From Octopus vulgaris (lineage: Eukaryota), in contig OX597815.1 of NCBI GenBank assembly GCA_951406725.2, positions 204,166,001 to 204,230,000 on the forward strand: DNA of 64,000 nt. The letters run 5' to 3'. Of the stretch, positions 55,266-64,000 are shown piece by piece (positions within the stretch are counted from its first letter, which is position 1; the number at the start of each line of letters is the position of its first letter). The notes below the pieces were generated by a model. It ran no database searches. It saw nothing but the letters and a program-made list of their open reading frames with translations, and had not been told where the DNA came from. A program made the translations under genes and the position numbers.

Positions 55266-56869
55266 TCGGGATGGGCGTTCACCTAAGCGTATACTTTAAG
55301 CAAGTATCATCGGCAAATATTATTGTTAACCCCAAATATGTAATATATATTAACTCAACTCATTAAACATTCGCGCCGGAACTGTAAACTTTGTAATTCT
55401 TTGAAGTTAAGTACAAATTTAGTTTTAAACTAAACTAGGATCTGATTATTTTTGCTTTGTTCATATATTTGATAAGGAATAACGAAATATTTAATGCAGA
55501 CATAATCAATAGTACGTCTTTGGATGTAAGCCAAAGTTGCAGAGTTAGATAAAAATAAGCTAATGGCAAGTCGGCACTGCACCTCGGTTTCAATCCAAAG
55601 TATTTGCTATTTCACATGTATATTCAATTTATATTGGTTACAGATGTGTGCTTTGATTTTTTTTTTTGAAGCCCTATTCCTTTTGTATACATACATATAT
55701 ACTAGCTATTAGCGGCAGAGCAGCTTTTATGGCGAATATTGAATAGCACATCCAAATTATGTTGGATGTGTTATTTATAACGCCTTAAACTGATGCAAAC
55801 GTCCAGAAAAATTATTTCATATTGACAAAGGTGTTAAAAAGCATCGAAATTCCATATCGGGTGACGAAATTCGCCAGCACACCAGATGATTGCACAGCCG
55901 TATCATGTAATTTCACCGTATCGCGGATCATCAGTTGTAGCCGAATGCAAGACTGAAAATCAGTCAAGCCGATATAAGATTATACTGTCCAAATAGCCAA
56001 AGACATGCAAGAAACAGGTTTTAATATCAAATTGGGAGACGGATTGAGTCTCCAATCCAACAATCCAGTCCAACAGAATTATTGTTAAGACAATCAATAA
56101 TCTGGTAAGTGCAAAGAATGCTGCGCTTTGCTAAGAGGGTTAATAGACCAAAATTTTAATTGGGTTTCTATATGCCAAGATCAAATTACAGTAATATTCA
56201 ACATTTAGCTATTTCTTTTATTCCTCTTCCTATAACTATTATTACTTAATCAGATTATGGCTGTGAGTTTGAGGAAATATTACAGCGTCGGGAAATGCTT
56301 TTGATGTATATTTGTTTAGGCTCTGTACATTCTGAGTTCAAATCCCAACTTTGCCTTTCATTCTAGAGAAGTCGAGAAAATAAAATACAAGTCTAAGCTC
56401 TTGGATTGATGGCATCGTCTAACGCCCTTTCCTAAAATTTGCTAGCTTTGTACTGAACACAGAAAACCATTACTGTTTTAATCTTTTACTTTACGTATGA
56501 TGGCACTATCGACTACAATCAAATGCCTTTTATCTTGGTGACTCGGTCTTAGAGCCAGTAATACTGTGTCTACAACTAATTTTTTCAGATTCTAAAGATA
56601 AGAAAATAAAAGATTTGAATGCTAATTCTAGAAAGTGGAGCGATCATGTGGACTTCAGCATTGGCATCATTTCGATGGAAGCATGGAAAAGTGAAATTCA
56701 TCACCATAAGTTAAAGGAAACACTCTACAAATTCACAGCAAGTGGTCTTTACCCGTTTTATTATTTGATTTATTGTGCTAAGACTTGTGTCATGGATATT
56801 GTGTAGTGATGGCAATAATATACTGCATCTTCAGTTTATTATCTAGCCATCTAGCGGCTAGTCAGTTGA

Positions 56870-57560
56870 CAAATGGCTGAAAAGAAAATGAACTATATGG
56901 TCAATTCACGTAACAAAGTGAGAATATTGGAATTCTGGTTGAGACAGGCAGATAGAAATATAAAACGAAAAACTGAATCGCTATCTTTAACTGTTCAGAA
57001 AGAAACCATTAAATGAAGTTGATTGAAACAAAACTCAGCCAAACAATAAACACAGAATGTGTGGGAAAAAAGATGAAAGTATTAACGATTTCTTAAGCAA
57101 ATGCAGTCAGCTAGTACAAAAACAATACAAGAGTGGGTATGACTATCAGTAAAAGAGTGTATTGGGATGTTAGCCAAGAATATGGACTCAAAATGACAGA
57201 AAAGTAATATGGTATGAACATGAGCCAGAGGCTGTGAAAGCGAATTATAATTAGTGTTTCAAGGGATTTTGTCATCGCCATCAAGATTGACCATACCATT
57301 GAAGAAAAAACTCCAGATATAATCACATATAACAAAAGAGAAACCAGTGTAAGATTTTGCTATACCAAATAATAATAGAGTGAATACCAAACAAATTGAA
57401 GAATATGAGGACGTAGCCAGAGAGATGAAGGGGTTGTTGCAGACAAAGGGGGTAATTGATGCACTTGGCAAAAAACTGTAACAGCTACAGGATATTGGAA
57501 CTGAATCACGCATAGCCAACCAGCAAAAAAATGCCATCCAGTATTCTACAATAAGCTTAA
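56870..57560 (+). mobile_element. Degenerate R4/Dong-like non-LTR retrotransposon C-terminus (zinc knuckle plus restriction-like endonuclease)
   Basis: ELYGQF, RMCGKKDESINDFLSKCSQLVQKQYK, RVYWDV, WYEHEPEAV, DHTIEEKTPDII (PD motif), DFAIPNNNRVNTK, YEDVAREM, VIDALG; frameshifted. Confidence 0.75.
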
Positions 57561-57644
57561 GATTTGTGTAGATTTGTCACCAAATCTCAGGATAACATCT
57601 CTGCTAACAAAAGTAGCATGTAAAAACTTAATAATTATACTCTA

Positions 57645-57850
57645 ATTTTGGCACAAAGCAAGTAATTTTGAGGGAACTGGAGAATAGTCGATTACACCAA
57701 CCTCCGTGCTCAACTACTACTTATATTATCAACCTCGAAAGAATGAAAGTCACAGTAGACTTCGGTGGTATTGGAAATCAGAACGTAGAATGCCGAAAGA
57801 ACTGCGCTAGCCATTTTGTCCGGTGCGATAATGATTCTGCCAGCTCGCCT
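57645..57850 (-). mobile_element. Degenerate family B SINE
   Basis: ggcacaa..gtcgattaca..gaatgaaag..cagaacgtag..tctgccagctcgcc. Confidence 0.6.
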
Positions 57851-58127
57851 TGAATCGAATTAATCTTTTATAATGGGAAAATGAATTAAATCAGTTCCGT
57901 TTTTCATTTTGATTTGCATAACTAGTTTTAATAAGTAAAACTGTTAGAATCTTTTACAAGAATGTAAATATTCTCAGTTCTTTTCATAACACAGTCCGCA
58001 AAGAATTATCTGCTTTTGTTTTCAGTAACATCTTGTTGTGTAAAGCTTGTATATTCCACACACGCGCGTGCACATACGCATACGTGTAATAATTACACAC
58101 ACACACACACATATACATATATATATA

Positions 58128-58436
58128 TCACCGTGATCACCGTGACCGACCAGGCTATCAGATGTTGTTACACATCGCTGGTCACAATGCGCTTCACATT
58201 GTTTTAGCCTTCAAAATGACGCCACCCCGCTGGCTAAGCGAGCAGGCCAACAGAAGAAAGAGTGAGAGAAAGTTGTGGCGAAAGAGTACAGCGGGGATCG
58301 CCACCACCCCCTGCCGGAGTGCCGTGGAGCTTTAGGTGTTTTCGCTCAATAAACACTCACAACGCCTGGTCTGGGAATCGAAATCGCGATCCTCCGTCCG
58401 CGAGTCCACTGCCCTAACCACTGGGCCATTGCGCCT

Positions 58437-58439
<3 letters not shown>
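58128..58439 (-). mobile_element. SINE family C2
   Basis: Near-identical to 49943-50235; sits between TA/CA tracts. Confidence 0.9.
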
Positions 58440-58690
<251 letters not shown>

Positions 58691-58929
58691 AGATACGTGT
58701 TACTAACTGGTTAGCTGGTTGGACTCACGGTCATAAAGTTTGACTTGTGAATGAAGAGCACATTGTTTTCTCGAGCAACAAACTTCATATCACGTGACTT
58801 CAGTCAACTCAACCGAAAATGAGTACCAGTCGGCCACCAGATCCTTCATATTCAAACCGCTATGGGATTCATTTCTTTAAGGGATAATAGCTTCTCGAAA
58901 AATTGTTAAAAACTACTTTAATAGCGCAC

Positions 58930-59230
58930 TAAAGTGTTCTCGCCAACACTCTTAATGTTGCATTTCTCTTTGTAAAGATGTGAGTAGTCTTTATTCTTCC
59001 TTGGTGCGTTACTACCTTTCTAGAGACCATATACTCGTCTTGGAGTATCGGAGAAGCGTTTCTCTTTGTGATGGTCAGCAAGTGCCTAAATTTCGTCCAA
59101 GCAACTTGTTTCGCCATCGGTCTTTCAGATGCAGCATTTCCTTTTGTAACAAATTATTTTCGAATTTCAGCTGGCTAGTAGCTTGCCACTTACTACATCC
59201 ATTTAGTACGGGATATTAGTATTTCTGTCT
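58930..59230 (-). mobile_element. Possible highly decayed RTE-like LINE fragment
   Basis: VAWTKFRHLLTITKR resembles the RTE ORF2 segment GWAKFRELLPLLT; little other support. Confidence 0.3.
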
Positions 59231-59652
59231 TTTAGATAACGGCAGTTGTTTCTTTGCATCTTTTTTAATAAAGCAGTCAGCATACTTGCATTTGGAGAAG
59301 CTTATTGAGGGATCGGTTGCTTTAAAGGTTAGTTCACGCAACAATGTTCAACAAATAGTCTGATTCAGTCTGAACTGGAGAAATGTCAGATAACACTTTT
59401 GGTCGGTTGGTCATATTCACTTGTGGCTCATTTCTTTGTAAATAAATAGAAAATTATATCCGAGTCTGAATGTAAGGCGCTAGCTTTCGGCTCGACAATG
59501 AATGTAAAAAGTGATTCAAGCTTTATAGGGACTTAAAAATAGAGAACTGGAGCACGCACCTCCAGCTATCTTGATTTGCGAATCAACCACAAATGCGTTG
59601 CAAACTATCCCATATTTGGACAGTAAGATTTCTAAAAAAAAAGTTATATATA

Positions 59653-60062
59653 GGCGCAGGAATGGCTGTGTGGTAACTAGCTTGCTTACAAACCACGTGG
59701 TTCCGGGTTCAGTCCCACTGCGGGGTACCTTGGGCAAGTACCTTCAACTATAGCCTCGGGCCTTGTGAGTGGATTTGGTAGATGGATACTGAATGAAGCC
59801 CGTCGTATATGTGGAAATATGTGTATGTATGTGTGTGTGTATGTTTGTGTGTCTGTGCTTGTGTCTCCAACATCGCTTGACAACCGATGCTGGTGTGTTT
59901 ACGTCCCTGTAACTTAGCGGTTCGGCAAAAAGAGACCGATAGAATAAGTACTAGGCTTACAAAGAAGACGTCCTGGGGTCGATTTGCTCGACTAAAATGG
60001 CGGTGCTCCAGCATGGCCACAGTCAAACGACTGAAACACGTAAAAAGAAAAGAAAAGAAAGA
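59653..60062 (+). mobile_element. SINE family A
   Basis: Full head, internal TG tract, 3' ggtgctccagcatggccacagtc and A-rich tail. Confidence 0.88.
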
Positions 60063-60095
60063 AATTTTAACGACAAATGCAGTGTTAATAACAAA

Positions 60096-60306
60096 AGATA
60101 ATATTTATCCCCACTTAATTGTGGATAATCATTTAGAAAAACTATACTGCGGTAGAAACCATGAGAGAAACTCTCATATTGACTTTTGATGCAAAATGCA
60201 CTCGTGTTTATATCGCTAGCCAATATGAGAGTTTCTCTCGTCGTATCTACCGCGATTTAGTTTGTTCTAACAGAGTATCCATCTTCAAGCGAGTATAAAC
60301 ATTACC
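60096..60306. mobile_element. Small fold-back/MITE-like inverted repeat
   Basis: gagagaaactctcatattg / caatatgagagtttctctc (perfect 19 bp) plus gcggtaga / tctaccgc, with weaker pairing extending outward. Confidence 0.65.
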
Positions 60307-60900
60307 TCGCAGTATGATTTCTACTGACAACTAGCTGGATGTGGAGGTGAGGTGAATCAGTGCATACAGTTAACTGCGATCACTCTCGAAAATCTCAATG
60401 AAAGTTGTGAAAACAATGTGGCAAAAAAATTGAGCAATAATTCTATTCTGCTTGTTGTATTTTACTGAGACTTACACATTGTATCGTTAGTATATAAAAC
60501 GCTGATGAGATGTCTACTGCGCCAGTGATGGATCATAATGAACATTACTTGACGAAACAACATCTCAAACCAGGAGACTGTTCCGCTAGGATCGCAGTTG
60601 TGTTGGGTGAGACAAAAGGCCCATATACAGGACACGAAAATTCACAAGGTTGTGATGTACAGCGAGCTGAACTGTGGAAATTTTCTAATACAAGATGTTA
60701 TTAAAGGATGTCGCACTACATCAGGACTACTAACACTATTCCCTAATATCTGCAGTCGGGATTGTACCAAAACGACTGGTCTAGAATGCCACTGGAGACC
60801 AAAATATCATTGATGAAGCTCTATTACTATATTAAAAAAATCTTTCAAACGAGTGACAACCAAGAATAGACACACACGCGTGCACACATACACATATTAA

Positions 60901-61054
<154 letters not shown>

Positions 61055-61486
61055 TCATACATACATAGACACAAACACACATACATGCATACATATAAGA
61101 GGATTTTCATGAGTCCCTTCTAAGACAGGCACAAGGCCTGGAATTTGGGGAGATGAGAATAGTCGATCACAAGTAAAGATGGACGAAATGCCGCTAAGCA
61201 TTTTGCTCGGCTTACTAACGATTCTTCCATGTCGCTGCCTCTTTCGTGCACAAAAAAATAAGACAAACCAATACACTGTGTAGAGTGACTATATAGATTT
61301 ACTCTCGAAAATTGCAATCACATCCAACTGCAGCTCCAACGAAGTAAATGTCAAACATTTTATGCGACGCATCCAGTGATTTTCCAATTAATGTTTTAAT
61401 GTTTTTGTGTGCAATTGTATATACGAAATTCACTTCAATTTGTTTTGATATGTTCAAAGCAGTAATGTGTATACACACACAGACAG

Positions 61487-61545
<59 letters not shown>

Positions 61546-61619
61546 CATATATATACATATACGTATGTGTGTATGTCTATGTATGTGTGTATATTTATCT
61601 CCATATATGTGTGTCTGCG

Positions 61620-61679
<60 letters not shown>

Positions 61680-61703
61680 TATACATATATACATATACAT
61701 ACA

Positions 61704-61873
61704 GGCGCAAGAGTGGCTGTGTGGTAAGTAGCTTGTCTACCAACCACATGGTTCCGGGTTCAATCCCACTGCGTGGCACCTTGGGCAAGTGTCTTGTACT
61801 ATAGCCTCGGGCCGACCAAAGCCTTGTGAGTGGATTTGGTAGACGGAAACTGAAAGAAGCCCGTCATATATAT

Positions 61874-61927
<54 letters not shown>

Positions 61928-62148
61928 TGTGTGTGTTTGTGTGTCTGTGTTTGTTCCCCTAGCATTGCTTGACAACCGATGCTGGTGTGTTTATGTCCCC
62001 GTTACTTAGCGGTTCGGCAAAAGAGACCGATAGAATAAGTACTGGGCTTGCAAAAGAATAAGTCCCGGGGTCGAGTTGCTCGATTAAAGGCGGTGCTCCA
62101 GCATGGCCGCAGTCAAATGACTGAAACAAGTAAAAGAGTAAAAGAGTA
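61704..62148 (+). mobile_element. SINE family A, full length
   Basis: Near-identical to 29462-29877. Confidence 0.9.
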
Positions 62149-62288
62149 ATACATACACATAGATAGATAGATAAGTTTCTTTATTGGCCACACAGGGCTG
62201 CACACAGATGGGACAAGTTACAAGGTAGAGCTTTTCTTTTGGGGGATGAAAAAAAACAAAAATCAAAAAACAAAAGAAAAGGTGGCGT

Positions 62289-62355
<67 letters not shown>

Positions 62356-62554
62356 TGCATATCCATGTACAAGGAGATAAAATGAACAGACTTTAATCTA
62401 AATCAGATGAACACTTTCTGTACATTAGCAACAGCTGATAGCGGCTGAGTACCCCACATGTTATACATATTATTATATAAACATTATATGATCATGATCC
62501 AGCAATAGCTGTGTGCTAGAACGTCATCAGGTGTGTGGCTGTGTGTGCATATGC

Positions 62555-62604
<50 letters not shown>

Positions 62605-62664
62605 TGTATGTATTAATATATATACATAAATATATAGGTACATATACATATTACATGTCCATAC

Positions 62665-62695
<31 letters not shown>

Positions 62696-62760
62696 TAAAT
62701 ATATATATGTATATATATGTATGTATATACATGTATATATATGTCTGTGTGTGTATTTAC

Positions 62761-62803
<43 letters not shown>

Positions 62804-62905
62804 TATACATATATACACATACATATATATATATACAGATGATTTTGCATATATGTATGTATTAATATATATATACATAAATATATAGGTATATATACAT
62901 ATCCA

Positions 62906-62993
<88 letters not shown>

Positions 62994-62999
62994 TATGTG

Positions 63000-63030
<31 letters not shown>

Positions 63031-63088
63031 GTCTGTGTATGTATTTACGTATGTATATATACATATATATATGTACATATACATATAT

Positions 63089-63127
<39 letters not shown>

Positions 63128-63165
63128 TGATTTTGCATATATGTATGTATGTATGTGCGTATGTA
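62555..63165. repeat. Microsatellite-rich tandem duplication (~250-290 bp unit)
   Basis: Unique anchors each occur twice: gtatgtattaatata..cataaatatataggta, gtctgtgt..tatttacgta, cagatgattttgcatatatgtatg. Confidence 0.8.
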
Positions 63166-64000
63166 TGTTGACGTGCATGTATTTCGTCCAACGAACAATT
63201 CGTGTAATCCAATCATGATTAATACAAGTTACAGCAACACTGATAACATTAATTACTCTGCTTTAGCAAATGTGTGTAATGCTGTGTGCTAAAGGTTTTG
63301 ATCGTTTGACCTCTAAATTCTTTAAACAAACGTCGGTGTATGGGGTGAGAAAATAATAGCCTTCTAATAAAATATTCATTCCAAATTGTAACCATAAAAT
63401 TAGCGTATCTGCTATCGCTCTTTTTTAGTACATTTGGAACAGCTCGGGTATATTTTTTGAAATTTTTTTGAAATTTTTGTATTATTTTATTTTAGTTTTG
63501 GTTATTCTGACTCTTTTGTTCCCAATGAAACTAAATGTCTTAAATTTTCCCATCGAAATTAGAGCACCATTAATGCTCTTTTTATTATAATGTTTCGGCA
63601 TACTTCTTTAAAACGTCCTATTCTGCTGCGTTCGTTTATAGTCTTATGGTGGTAGATTACAAGCAGAACTGAGCTGAGAACAAGTTAACTTTCTGGGCCT
63701 TCGACTGTCGCATTCAGCCTGTGTATGTTAACTAATAGAGAAAGATGAAACAAAATTTTCTGAAAAACTTCATGTAGTTTTATCATTTAATGAACTCTAT
63801 AAACTATATCATGAAATAGTAGTATGAATTAGATAATACTTGTTTGAAATAAATATACTAGACATCTTCTACTGAGTTGCGACTCAGAATAGACAGTCGG
63901 TATTAATAAAGTGACTCCTCAACTAAACGCCGTATTATAAGAAAGTATGCGAAAATATTTACTTATACAGTCACGCACGCACATAAACATATGTGTACAT

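Noticed and set aside
55326-56143. TTAACCC ... GGGTTAA suggesting a piggyBac-type element
   Set aside because: Inverted similarity does not extend beyond ~7 bp.
56590-56806. ORF after a strong acceptor (ctaatttttttcag)
   Set aside because: No recognisable protein, no partner exon, and adjacent to a LINE relic; unsupported.
58360-58439. tRNA-Arg-like sequence (also ~38800-38880 and ~50160-50235)
   Set aside because: These are SINE heads continuing into SINE bodies; the acceptor stem is not convincing, so they are not called as tRNA genes.

Overview
AT-rich, microsatellite-dense eukaryotic DNA, almost entirely intergenic or intronic. The SINE repertoire and (TA)n/(TG)n density point to an Octopus-type cephalopod genome, inferred from recalled repeat families rather than a search. 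The only long intact gene is the intronless Rep/PIF1-helicase ORF of an apparently complete ~6.1 kb Helitron (20487-26627, minus strand). Four short non-autonomous Helitrons with nearly the same 3' hairpin-CTAG terminus lie elsewhere in the window. The most unusual structure is a ~4.9 kb fold-back at 14016-18890: two inverted copies of a non-coding, microsatellite-rich element, each carrying a hammerhead-ribozyme motif (core intact in the right copy, A6G in the left), with a CR1-group LINE fragment between them. The rest is decayed transposons (Tc1/mariner, pogo-like MITE, Penelope RT/GIY-YIG, CR1, RTE, Tx1/L1, R4/Dong-like), three SINE families (one forming multimers inside single TSDs), MITE-like inverted repeats and simple repeats. 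A few weak host-exon candidates could not be assigned to a gene. Most short ORFs in the track are translations of microsatellites or SINEs.
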